64,000 nt of DNA from Alphaproteobacteria bacterium GM7ARS4 (GCA_014332745.1 JACONL010000001.1:28687-92686); one strand, 5' to 3'; numbered from the stretch's first letter, positions 51,644 through 60,454 are shown. Numbers and translations are program-made. Notes: generated by a model from the sequence alone, not told the origin.

Positions 51644-52249
51644 TCATGGTGTGCTGTGGGGCTCTTCACGGGCGATACGATAATGGATGGGAATGGTAAT
51701 GTCTATGGATGTTTTCGTCCATGAAGAAGGAAACGGCATGAAAGGGGCGGCATCAAGCACGGCTTGACGGGCGGCATCGGCAAAGAGGGAAGACACCTCG
51801 TCGACAAGCTCCATATGAAGGATATGTCCGTTCTGCCCAATGGTGAGACGTATCGTTATCGAGCCTTCCATATGGCGACGCAACGCCGCCCTTGGGTAAA
51901 TTTTATGGCGGTCGATGGCGCGATAAATCCCTGTGAGATAGTTTTCCTCTCGTTTTTTCTGTTGTCTGGATTGCGCTAGGCTCGAACGAGGACTCTGTTC
52001 CTGTGGCGTTATGTCTTGGCGTTCCAGTCCTTGCGTTGGACGCTGACGTGGGGGAGGCGGTGAGAGCACCCTCATGGATACTGCCATGGCGTAGGGACGT
52101 TGCGCCTCCAATGGGATAGGCGCTTGATGCGCCTTGATGAAAAAGGGAACAAGCACCATGCCATGAACAATGACGGACAGCATACATCCATAGACGACAT
52201 GCCTGAGGCTCAACAAAGCGCCCATATGATAAAGGGAGGACTGAGACAT
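51644..52249 (-). CDS. tonB: Energy transducer TonB
   Basis: N-terminal TM anchor, a Pro-rich spacer (PPPPRQRPTQ) and a C-terminal TonB_C domain (IYPRAALRRHMEGSITIRLTI…). Start at 52249 lies 4 nt after the exbD stop. Confidence 0.7.
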   Translation of the reverse strand: MSQSSLYHMGALLSLRHVVYGCMLSVIVHGMVLVPFFIKAHQAPIPLEAQRPYAMAVSMRVLSPPPPRQRPTQGLERQDITPQEQSPRSSLAQSRQQKKREENYLTGIYRAIDRHKIYPRAALRRHMEGSITIRLTIGQNGHILHMELVDEVSSLFADAARQAVLDAAPFMPFPSSWTKTSIDITIPIHYRIAREEPHSTP

Positions 52250-52253
52250 GATC

Positions 52254-52715
52254 CTACGGCGAGGAGACGGGAAGAGGCGGCGTTTGCGCCGTGCGAGACA
52301 ACACAAGAAAGAGGCGGCTGGGGACGTCGTCTTCTGTCGTCTGCATAAAAGAAAGAATCTTATGCAAGACGCCGCTGGGCGCATGCCCATCCACAGCAAG
52401 AACAATCCTTCCCTGCTTCACGCTGGCAATGTCTTGCCTCAGCGACTCCTTCACATCCTGCCATGGCATAAAGGGGCGGTCAGCCACACGGATATGTCCC
52501 GCCTTATTCACGTAGAGCGTCATATCCTCCTCCGTGCCGATGAAGGTGGGACGCTCGAAGGGCGATACGGGAATATCAACATCATCGATACGCCCACGTA
52601 TATGCCCGCTCACAATAAAAAACATGAGAAGCAAAAAAACAATGTTCACAAGAGGAATAAGGTCAAGACGCACCGACATCATGGCTCGCTGTGGAGAGGT
52701 TCTCTGTTCCCTCAT
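52254..52715 (-). CDS. exbD: Biopolymer transport protein ExbD/TolR
   Basis: Single N-terminal TM (LIPLVNIVFLLLMFFIV) plus a periplasmic domain. 153 aa. Confidence 0.8.
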   Translation of the reverse strand: MREQRTSPQRAMMSVRLDLIPLVNIVFLLLMFFIVSGHIRGRIDDVDIPVSPFERPTFIGTEEDMTLYVNKAGHIRVADRPFMPWQDVKESLRQDIASVKQGRIVLAVDGHAPSGVLHKILSFMQTTEDDVPSRLFLVLSRTAQTPPLPVSSP

Positions 52716-52716
52716 G

Positions 52717-53169
52717 TCACGGCGCTGATGGCGGTTGTGATAAGGTCATGCGCACATGGCGCGCACCCGCCTTCTCAAGAATATCCATGAGACTCACGGT
52801 GTCCTGCACATGCGTCTCGTTCGCTGTCTCGACATGAAAGCGTGTGTCGGGATTCTGTGCCACATGGCGACGGACAACGTCATCGGCTTGCTGTGACGTG
52901 TGCAACACGCCATCATAAAACAGACGCCCTTGTTCATCCAAAACAAAGGTGATAGCGTCCTGCGCGCCACTCTGCCCTGTCTTTTCTGCTGACTCCACAT
53001 AGAGCATGCTCTCCTCGCTAAAAACACTTGCCACCATAAAGAAAATAAGAAGAAGAAAGACAATATCCACAAGCGCTGCCAAGCCTATAGGACGCGCCTT
53101 CCTCAACATGGCATACAGAGCGCCATCACCCCCAGCGCCTTTGCCATTGCCTCCATAGACCATGGACAT
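52717..53169 (-). CDS. exbD: Biopolymer transport protein ExbD/TolR (second copy)
   Basis: ExbD-like TM segment LVDIVFLLLIFFMV. 150 aa. Tandem with the previous exbD. Confidence 0.8.
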   Translation of the reverse strand: MSMVYGGNGKGAGGDGALYAMLRKARPIGLAALVDIVFLLLIFFMVASVFSEESMLYVESAEKTGQSGAQDAITFVLDEQGRLFYDGVLHTSQQADDVVRRHVAQNPDTRFHVETANETHVQDTVSLMDILEKAGARHVRMTLSQPPSAP

Positions 53170-53178
53170 GTCCCTCTC

Positions 53179-53802
53179 TTAGGACACTGACGACAAGAGG
53201 ACGCGCATGGACGCCACACAATCACCCATGCGTACCATGGTGCGCTCCACGATGGCTTGCAAGAGGTGAAAAAATCCTAAGGCAGGTAAAGCCACCATCA
53301 ATCCCGCCGCCGTCGTCAAGAGAGCCGTCCAAATACCACCAGCAAAAATGGACGGGTCCGCCTGAACACCAACACGCTCAAGGGCGCTAAATGCCTCGAT
53401 CATCCCTATCACCGTGCCAAGCAAACCCACAAGAGGCGACAACTGGGCGATGACATCCAAGAGGGGAATATAGGCATTGAGACGATGTAACTGACTATGC
53501 ATGCTCTGCTGGACTGTCGCATCCCGCATGTCCGCCTCCATCCCCTTCATATGCCCCTCTACCATCACCCCTAAAACGCTCGCAACAGGGTGAGGAGAAC
53601 GACGAAGACGCGCAAGAGCAGAAGGCACGTCACCCCGCTCCAATGCCGCCATCGCATCGTCAAAAAAAACCATATGCCGTAACCCCATAGACCAAAAATG
53701 CAACAATTTCATAAACACAATGGCCATGGCCATGAACGATAAAAAACCAAGCACATACAAAATGACACCCCCTCTCTGCCATAATTCAACAATGTCACCC
53801 AT
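53179..53802 (-). CDS. exbB: MotA/TolQ/ExbB proton channel protein
   Basis: Three TM helices with the conserved C-terminal helix (…LLTTAAGLMVALPAL…). Confidence 0.8.
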   Translation of the reverse strand: MGDIVELWQRGGVILYVLGFLSFMAMAIVFMKLLHFWSMGLRHMVFFDDAMAALERGDVPSALARLRRSPHPVASVLGVMVEGHMKGMEADMRDATVQQSMHSQLHRLNAYIPLLDVIAQLSPLVGLLGTVIGMIEAFSALERVGVQADPSIFAGGIWTALLTTAAGLMVALPALGFFHLLQAIVERTMVRMGDCVASMRVLLSSVS

Positions 53803-54018
53803 AGTCGTCTGTCTTTATTAGATGTCTCTCTATGTCCTGATGGCACAAGCACCCCATCCTAACAGGGACACACCGCCTATGTCTATGGAGCAAACGCCTT
53901 AGGCTCTCTAGGCTCTCGTTAAAAATAAATAAACATTTTATTAAAAGACGACACAAACCATAGCGACCACACTCTCTTCACGCAACCGATTATATGACCA
54001 GGATATACGGAAATTATC

Positions 54019-54633
54019 ATGTCTTATCAATCCCCCATGACCCAAACGGCAGATTTTTTCGACATGCCTCTCCCTGCTGAGGACCCGTCGGCGTTCCTCT
54101 CATCATTTCGAGAGACGTGGCATGATATTTGCAAGACGATGGCACACCATGATATTCTTGCGTCCTCTGAGGAGGAGAGCCAGAGAGCGGGACACGCGAC
54201 AACACAGCATATGATCCATGCCTCTGAGGAAGCATTGCTCTATCCTTTATCCCTACGCCACATCATCGAGGACGAAGCGATGATAGTGAGCGATGCCCGA
54301 GAACGTATTTATCGCGCTTTTCGCCAAAGTTTTTCCTTTGGCGCGGCGCGCTACCGCCACCATCTGAGGACTCTGCTGAAGGATAAGGGACGCTCGATAA
54401 CGTTCAACAATGCGCGCCAGATCACCCGTGACTTCGACACGAAAATGCACGCCATCCAAAAAACCTTCGAAAGCCACGTGAAAGATATTGTGTGCTATTC
54501 AGAAGACCATCCCATCCACCCACGGGCAACCCAAACCCTCAGCGGCCAAGAGATTATCCATGCCTATGAACATTATAAAATCTCCATGAGCGTCATACAG
54601 AGACTCCTCTCACAGATAGAAGACGCCTCCTAA
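54019..54633 (+). CDS. Hypothetical protein, no recognisable family; stop codon 3 nt upstream of the CRISPR-like array
   Basis: 204-aa ORF with protein-like composition, preceded by an AT-rich stretch. No conserved motifs recognised. Confidence 0.4.
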   Translation: MSYQSPMTQTADFFDMPLPAEDPSAFLSSFRETWHDICKTMAHHDILASSEEESQRAGHATTQHMIHASEEALLYPLSLRHIIEDEAMIVSDARERIYRAFRQSFSFGAARYRHHLRTLLKDKGRSITFNNARQITRDFDTKMHAIQKTFESHVKDIVCYSEDHPIHPRATQTLSGQEIIHAYEHYKISMSVIQRLLSQIEDAS

Positions 54634-54636
54634 GAA

Positions 54637-54871
54637 ACAACAGCCTCCCTGTGTTTGAACGGGCTCTATAGAAGACGGGTAAATGAATAAACCCTAAACC
54701 ACGTGCGACGCTCCCTGTGTTTGAACGGGCTCTATAGAGACGATACATCACATGGATAACTTTCAGGGGTGCGACGCTCCCTGTGTTTGAACGGGCTCTA
54801 TAGAGGTATGGCAGTAGATAAGACAGGACTAGAAGTGCGACGCTCCCTGTGTTTGAACGGGCTCTATAGAG
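54637..54871. CRISPR. Mini CRISPR-like array: four 37-nt direct repeats (GTGCGACGCTCCCTGTGTTTGAACGGGCTCTATAGAG; three identical at 54703-54739, 54769-54805, 54835-54871 plus a degenerate terminal copy at 54637-54673) separated by three unique 29-nt spacers
   Basis: Repeats and spacers were aligned by eye. Spacers are unique, equal in length, and about 41% GC. The last repeat overlaps the stop codon of the adjacent tnpB-like gene. Confidence 0.75.
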
Positions 54872-56105
54872 TTGCTCCCGCCAAACGTCCTGTTTGCAGG
54901 ACGTCAAGGGCTTCCTTCTCTTGCGAGAAGTGGCTCACGCCGAGCCGTAGGATATTTCTGGCGGCGTTTTCATCTCGGTCGATGGTCAGTCCACACACAT
55001 GACAATGGTGTGTCCTCTCATCTAACGATTTTTCTACAACCGCCCCACATCCCGAGCATTTTTGGGATGTGCCTCTTGGGTCAACCTGCACAAAATGCTT
55101 ACCAGCTTCTTCCGCTTTGTAAGCAACTTTTCCTATGAAGGCAGCCCATCCCTTATCATGGATTGATTTCGCCAAGCGGTGATTTCTTGCCATATTGGCT
55201 ATCCTCAGGTCCTCAAAAACAAGAAGGTCAAATCTCTTCACGAATTCCCTTGCGAGTTTATGATGAAAATCCTTGCGCTGATGGCTCACTTTGCTATGCC
55301 ATTTCTGCACGGCGCGCAAGGCGCGTCGCCACCGACATGTGCCCCTTTTGGCGGCGGAGAGCGCTTGCTGTTTTCTTGCCAGCGTCTTCTCTGCCTCGCG
55401 ATACCAGTTCGGACTATCAAACGACTCGCCTTTATCTGTCATCACGAAGCTCTTAATCCCCACATCACACCCCACGGCATGTTTTACCTCACCCTTAGGC
55501 ATAGGGGTAGGCGCGTCACCGATACATGCTCTCACAAACAGGCGATAGCCTTTAGGCGTATGCTTGATGGTGCAGTCACAAAGTGTTGCGTCCTCTGGCA
55601 TGATATTATGGCGCGCCATGTTCGTTCTCATACCCCCTCGCACGCCTTTCACAAAAAGACGTCCTTCCTTTAGCCTATAGCTTTCGGTTATCTCGATGGA
55701 TTTCCAGCGCCGCCATCCCTTAAAACGAGGGAAACCCGGCGTCTGCCCCGCCTTCACCCGACGAAAAAACCCCTTGAGAGCCTTGTTCACCCGCGCCAAT
55801 GCCCCTCGTTGCATTGTCACAGACATCCACGCACAAGCACAATCCTTGTCTTGCCTTATCTCTGTGAGGCTCTTATTTTGGTCATAGAGGGTGATGGTCT
55901 TGCCTGTCTTGCGATAGCACTCTATCCGCTCCTGCAAGGCGGCGTTATATAAATCGCGCGTGAAATTGAAAAAGGCGCGCAACACTTTCGCCTGCTTTTT
56001 CGTAGGATAGAGCCTGTATTCATACGTGCGATGCATCGCCGTTGTTTCCGCGTCTGTTTCCATGTCGCGCTCCTGCCGTGTCCCCCACCCATAATGACTC
56101 GACAC
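54864..56105 (-). CDS. tnpB: TnpB-like RNA-guided endonuclease (IS200/IS605 OrfB family / Cas12-like), intact RuvC-I/II/III and zinc finger; probable start at 56036 (MHRTYEYRLYPT)
   Basis: N-terminal YEYRLYPTKKQAKVL OrfB motif. RuvC-I (VGCDVGIKSF) and RuvC-II (LVFEDLRIANM). Zn finger CSGCG…CHVCG. RuvC-III (DRDENAARNI). Confidence 0.85.
   Translation of the reverse strand: MSSHYGWGTRQERDMETDAETTAMHRTYEYRLYPTKKQAKVLRAFFNFTRDLYNAALQERIECYRKTGKTITLYDQNKSLTEIRQDKDCACAWMSVTMQRGALARVNKALKGFFRRVKAGQTPGFPRFKGWRRWKSIEITESYRLKEGRLFVKGVRGGMRTNMARHNIMPEDATLCDCTIKHTPKGYRLFVRACIGDAPTPMPKGEVKHAVGCDVGIKSFVMTDKGESFDSPNWYREAEKTLARKQQALSAAKRGTCRWRRALRAVQKWHSKVSHQRKDFHHKLAREFVKRFDLLVFEDLRIANMARNHRLAKSIHDKGWAAFIGKVAYKAEEAGKHFVQVDPRGTSQKCSGCGAVVEKSLDERTHHCHVCGLTIDRDENAARNILRLGVSHFSQEKEALDVLQTGRLAGATL
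54885..54904 (-). other. Perfect 8-bp inverted repeat (ACGTCCTG-TTTG-CAGGACGT) inside the tnpB 3' end, candidate guide-RNA scaffold hairpin
   Basis: Direct inspection. Located 14 nt from the first array repeat. Confidence 0.3.
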
Positions 56106-56231
56106 AAAGCCTAAGGACGCATAAAGGATATGTCAAACATCTTGCGTAAAAAATTATTATCCCTTTCTGGAAAAAAGGACACGTAGAGGACATCAACCTT
56201 CCTCTGCACGTTACGACTTCCTTCCTATCCT

Positions 56232-57152
56232 ATGCCCGTTCCTCCTTCCTATGGCAAGATTACAGGCTATGAACGAGACATCCGTGTCCAATCGGACAAC
56301 GGCAACCTTGCCTTTCAACCATCAAAACGAACAACAAAAGGGACGTTTGTCGCCTTGCGACGCTTCTTCGGACGCAAAATCTCCTTCGTCACCCATGGAT
56401 TGACAAAAAAGGGACGCAAGCCAACCCTCCCCCCACGCTCCCAAAGTGCCATATCACCAAAAAAACTCCTCTCCCCCCACGATAGCCGAGTCGCTATCTC
56501 TCACCAACTGACACACCATTTTCGACGCGCCATCGACCAACACAGACGCGCCATCGAACAGTGGAGCGACGATACAAAGAACTTGAAGAAACATGCCGCA
56601 AAAGCACTCCCAAAAGGCATATCAAAAGACCAACTCGACCAGTGGCACGACACCACCGAAACCCTGCGAAGAGAGGTGTTGAAAGAAAACTCGACAAAGA
56701 CATTCGACCAGCATGCGCAAAAATTAAACGACGCCCTAGACGACACCATCAAGAGTCACCTCCTGCAAATTAACCCTGACACAGGCGATGTCTCGCGCAA
56801 ATCCCTCAAAGGCAGACAGATGTACGACGTCTATCAGCAATTTACACACTCCCTCGCTATCCTCGACTCCGTCGCCCAGAATATCCAAAAATCGCTCAAC
56901 ATACCATCACGCCAATTACCTAAACCGCCCCAAGATTATGTCAGCCCACGTTCCCTGAAAGACGGCGGATATGAAGACAGAAGCAGCTGGGTTGACGATA
57001 ACAAGGACTATGTCCCTCTCAATCCCGCCACACGCAACCGAAAGGCACAGACAACAGATTACGAACCCCTCACACCCCGTATCCTCGACCAGCAAGCAAC
57101 GTCCCAAGGGAACGCCTCCGCCACGACTGAACGTAAGAGTGACAAGAGCTAG
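56232..57152 (+). CDS. Hypothetical protein (Lys/Ser/Thr-rich, no recognisable domain)
   Basis: 306-aa ORF divergent from tnpB. No motifs recognised. Confidence 0.35.
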   Translation: MPVPPSYGKITGYERDIRVQSDNGNLAFQPSKRTTKGTFVALRRFFGRKISFVTHGLTKKGRKPTLPPRSQSAISPKKLLSPHDSRVAISHQLTHHFRRAIDQHRRAIEQWSDDTKNLKKHAAKALPKGISKDQLDQWHDTTETLRREVLKENSTKTFDQHAQKLNDALDDTIKSHLLQINPDTGDVSRKSLKGRQMYDVYQQFTHSLAILDSVAQNIQKSLNIPSRQLPKPPQDYVSPRSLKDGGYEDRSSWVDDNKDYVPLNPATRNRKAQTTDYEPLTPRILDQQATSQGNASATTERKSDKS

Positions 57153-57209
57153 CACTCAGATAGAGAGCAAGCGCAACAACAAGGATACGCCATCAAGAGA
57201 GAGGACGCC

Positions 57210-58379
57210 TCACGCAACGGACTGAGGATAGACACCAATGCGACGGTAAAGAAAGGGAGGCGGCGTCTCTTGCGCTGACTCTAGCGACGCCATATCAAAA
57301 ATCTCTTGATGGCGAGGCGATAACGCGCATGCTGGGTCGGTTTGCGCCGCATCGCCCGTGAGCGCCATCGCCTGACAACGACAGCCACCCCAATCAATCT
57401 CTCGCCTATCGCATGTGCGACATGGCTCTGGCATCCAATCCGTGCCACGATATATGTTAAAGGCATGAGAGTGACGCCATATCCACGCCAATGAATGCTC
57501 CCGCACCGAATCAAACGTGAGATGGGGAATACATTGCGCCGCATGGCATGGCAACACCTCCCCTGAGGGATTAACATACATGAATTGTCGTCCCCATCCC
57601 CCCATGCAATTTTTAGGCCTTTGCGCATAGTAATCAGGCACGACATAATCAATCTCTAACCTCCCCTTAAGGCGTTTTCGCGCTGCCTCTACCTGCGCTG
57701 TCGCCTTCTCTAATTGGGCGTAGGTCGGCATAAACGCTGCCCTGTTCTTGAGCGCCCAGCCATAATACTGCACTTGCGCTATCTCTATCCGTTGCGCGCC
57801 TAACACGAGCGCCAACTCGATGAAATCCTCCACATGCTCCAAATTCTGTCGATGCATGACGGCATTCACCGTCAACGGAAGGCCTAAGGCGCGCACCATG
57901 CGCGATACCTCTATTTTCTTGCGGTGTCCGCCCTTATAGCCTCCTATCCTGTCGGCATTGTCCTCGTCTGTATCTTGAAAACTCACCTGCACATGGTTGA
58001 GCCCCTTCTCCTTCAAAAGACGCAAACGCCCCTCGTCCAGCAAGACACCAGAAGTGATGAGATTGGTATAAAGCCCTACCCTATCACATTCCTCGATGAG
58101 CTCCTCTAAATCCTTACGCACCGTTGGCTCACCCCCCGACACATGGACTTGATGCATGCCCAATTGCGCAGCCTCCTGAAATACCCGTTGCCACTCTTCT
58201 GTCCCCATCTCTCGACGACGCTCCTCCAACACCAAAGGATTAGAGCAATAGGGACATTGCAGGGGACAGCGATGAGATAACTCCGCCAAGAGCGCCAACG
58301 GCATGCCAATGCCTAATGCCTCCAAAGACTTATAGCGACGGTCTTCCGTACGAACATCACGGACATGGGTTTCCATCAT
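57210..58379 (-). CDS. pqqE: PqqA peptide cyclase PqqE (radical SAM/SPASM)
   Basis: CPLQCPYCSNP radical SAM motif plus a C-terminal SPASM Cys-rich region. 389 aa. Confidence 0.9.
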   Translation of the reverse strand: MMETHVRDVRTEDRRYKSLEALGIGMPLALLAELSHRCPLQCPYCSNPLVLEERRREMGTEEWQRVFQEAAQLGMHQVHVSGGEPTVRKDLEELIEECDRVGLYTNLITSGVLLDEGRLRLLKEKGLNHVQVSFQDTDEDNADRIGGYKGGHRKKIEVSRMVRALGLPLTVNAVMHRQNLEHVEDFIELALVLGAQRIEIAQVQYYGWALKNRAAFMPTYAQLEKATAQVEAARKRLKGRLEIDYVVPDYYAQRPKNCMGGWGRQFMYVNPSGEVLPCHAAQCIPHLTFDSVREHSLAWIWRHSHAFNIYRGTDWMPEPCRTCDRREIDWGGCRCQAMALTGDAAQTDPACALSPRHQEIFDMASLESAQETPPPFLYRRIGVYPQSVA

Positions 58380-58669
58380 CCTTTCACCTCCAAAAAGCCC
58401 TTGTCGGCAAGCCCCTGAAGCATCGCACAGACATCACGACTGATCGTCTCACGGGGCGCTTTATAAGCCTTCGCCAATATGTCGATAATCTCGCCCACCG
58501 ACTTCTTACCATCCAATTTCTGTAAAATAGCAACAGACGTCTCGTCTGGCTCCAAGAGGCGCTCGGGCCCCTGAATAACCCACTTTTGACGCGGCTCGTT
58601 ATACTGAAGACGCACAAAAGAGCATAAACTGGCGATGACATGCTCACTTACGGAAACGGGGACGGACAT
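58376..58669 (-). CDS. pqqD: PQQ biosynthesis peptide chaperone PqqD
   Basis: About 97-aa core starting MSVPVSVSEH… The longer listed ORF overlaps pqqC. Position between pqqC and pqqE. Confidence 0.8.
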   Translation of the reverse strand: MSVPVSVSEHVIASLCSFVRLQYNEPRQKWVIQGPERLLEPDETSVAILQKLDGKKSVGEIIDILAKAYKAPRETISRDVCAMLQGLADKGFLEVKG

Positions 58670-59426
58670 CGAAATCCTCCGGCATAAACGCGCCCTCAGG
58701 GATAAAACCATTGATATAGGCATGATATAAGGCATCCAACATAACCCACAAGACATCCGTCTTGAATTTGAGAGCAGCACAGACACTCTCCTGGTCACTC
58801 CTCGTTCGAGCATTCTTAATGGCATAGTCCAACACAAAGGCCGCATCATCAGGCGCTTGGGTGAGACGCTTACGGAAATAGGAAAGCACCTCGTCATCGG
58901 CAAAATCATAATGCCCTAACATACCAGCAATGCGCTCCTCGTGAATGGATGGCGCAAATAACTCCGTCAACGAGGACGTCACCCCCTCCAACAAGGGACG
59001 CTCACGAACAAAACGAACATAGGCATCCACCGCAAAACGGGTGGACGGCAAAATACCCGCCGTCGACATCACATAGTCACGCATAAGACCTAAACCATCC
59101 GTCAATTTATACCAACGCTCTATACCACCCTCTAACCCATCACGCCCCTCATGGTCTAAAACGCGCTTCATCCAAATACGCCTGAGACACGGGTCCGCCA
59201 TCTTCGACATCAAGGCGACATCCTTCACGGGAATCATCACCTGATAATAATAGCGATTCAATGCCCAAGCCTGCACTTGCCCCTTATTGAGCTTGCCCTT
59301 ATGCAACAAATGGTGAAAGGGATGATTATCATGGTAGTAGCGCGCACCGATGGCGCGCAAACATGCTTCGAATTGGCTAGGCGTGTAAGGCTGTTCGTCA
59401 TCGACACCCTGCACGGAAGGCATCAT
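58644..59426 (-). CDS. pqqC: Pyrroloquinoline-quinone synthase PqqC
   Basis: Conserved block FEACLRAIGARYYHDNHPFHHLLH. Start probably MMPSVQ (59426); the ORF is open up to 59525. Confidence 0.85.
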   Translation of the reverse strand: MMPSVQGVDDEQPYTPSQFEACLRAIGARYYHDNHPFHHLLHKGKLNKGQVQAWALNRYYYQVMIPVKDVALMSKMADPCLRRIWMKRVLDHEGRDGLEGGIERWYKLTDGLGLMRDYVMSTAGILPSTRFAVDAYVRFVRERPLLEGVTSSLTELFAPSIHEERIAGMLGHYDFADDEVLSYFRKRLTQAPDDAAFVLDYAIKNARTRSDQESVCAALKFKTDVLWVMLDALYHAYINGFIPEGAFMPEDFDVRPRFRK

Positions 59427-59521
59427 AGAAGGCACGTAGGCATTACTCTCAGAACGGCGCGCCAACCGACTGCGCATCTCTATCACGTTACTCGCTTCGA
59501 CACCATTCTTTGTATCCGTCA

Positions 59522-60454
59522 TCATCCTATCTCCATCCCATCATAGGCTATCTCCCAGCCCGCATCCCGCACCTTGCGGTTTTCCTCTGACCCTTCTATT
59601 ATTATAGGGTTCGTTGTGTTGATGTGAATAAGAATTTTACGCTTCACGCCTAAATCAGCAAAGGCGCGCAATGTCCCATGCTCACCCGTTTGACTCATAT
59701 GCCCCATCCGCCTTCCCGTCTTCGTGCCAACACCCGCTATGATCATCTCGTCATCACGCCATAACGTGCCATCAAAAAAAACAAGAGACGCCCCCGTCAG
59801 ACGCCGCGCCAAGTCTGGCGTCATCGCCGCGCATGCGGGAATGTAATACCATGCGTCTTGTTCCGCACCCTCGCGCCATAATTTGAGAGCGATCGTATCA
59901 CCTTCCTCACTGCCAAAATTGTCACCCTTGCTCTCGTCTTCTTGCCATAAGGCGACTTTGCCAGACACCGCAAACGCCTCGACCATCACCCCCGACATAT
60001 CCCCTCGAGCATCACGCAAGGGAAAAGACTGCCCCAAAGACAAAGCTTGACGCTGTACATAGTGAGGTGACAACACATTGAAGATGCTGTTCTCACCTAA
60101 AAACCCTAAAACGCGCTCCGTCCCATAGAGAACAAGAGGATGACTCTCTCGCAACACAAGCAAGCCCGCCACATGGTCCACATCACCATTCGTCAACACA
60201 ACACCCTGTATAGGACTATGACGCAACGCCTCTCCTCGTGGATGGAGCACGCTGTTCTTGCGAATCTGTTCCCCTAAATCAGGCGACGCATTCAATAAAA
60301 ACCAATGCTCGCCATCGGCTGACACCGCCAGAGAAGATTGCGTGCGCGGACTCGTCCCCAGTGCGCCAGAACGCACCGCACGCGATACCTCACCATGACA
60401 ATTCCATTGCGGAATACCACCGCCAGCCCCTGACCCTAAAACACGAATCTTCAT
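59522..60454 (-). CDS. pqqB: PQQ biosynthesis protein PqqB (metallo-beta-lactamase fold)
   Basis: N-terminus MKIRVLGSGAGGGIPQWNC typical of PqqB. 310 aa. Confidence 0.85.
   Translation of the reverse strand: MKIRVLGSGAGGGIPQWNCHGEVSRAVRSGALGTSPRTQSSLAVSADGEHWFLLNASPDLGEQIRKNSVLHPRGEALRHSPIQGVVLTNGDVDHVAGLLVLRESHPLVLYGTERVLGFLGENSIFNVLSPHYVQRQALSLGQSFPLRDARGDMSGVMVEAFAVSGKVALWQEDESKGDNFGSEEGDTIALKLWREGAEQDAWYYIPACAAMTPDLARRLTGASLVFFDGTLWRDDEMIIAGVGTKTGRRMGHMSQTGEHGTLRAFADLGVKRKILIHINTTNPIIIEGSEENRKVRDAGWEIAYDGMEIG

Noticed and set aside
55163-55673. Plus-strand ORFs (97 and 164 aa) inside the tnpB region, considered as a possible IS200-type TnpA
   Set aside because: They are antisense to the well-supported tnpB CDS. 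They lack the HuH (His-hydrophobic-His) and catalytic Tyr motifs of Y1 transposases and have biased, non-protein-like composition.
56185-56205. Imperfect hairpin (agagga-9nt-tcctct) upstream of tnpB as an IS605-type left-end structure
   Set aside because: The stem is only 6 bp. No matching right-end hairpin or conserved cleavage tetranucleotide was identifiable. It is mentioned only as weak context.
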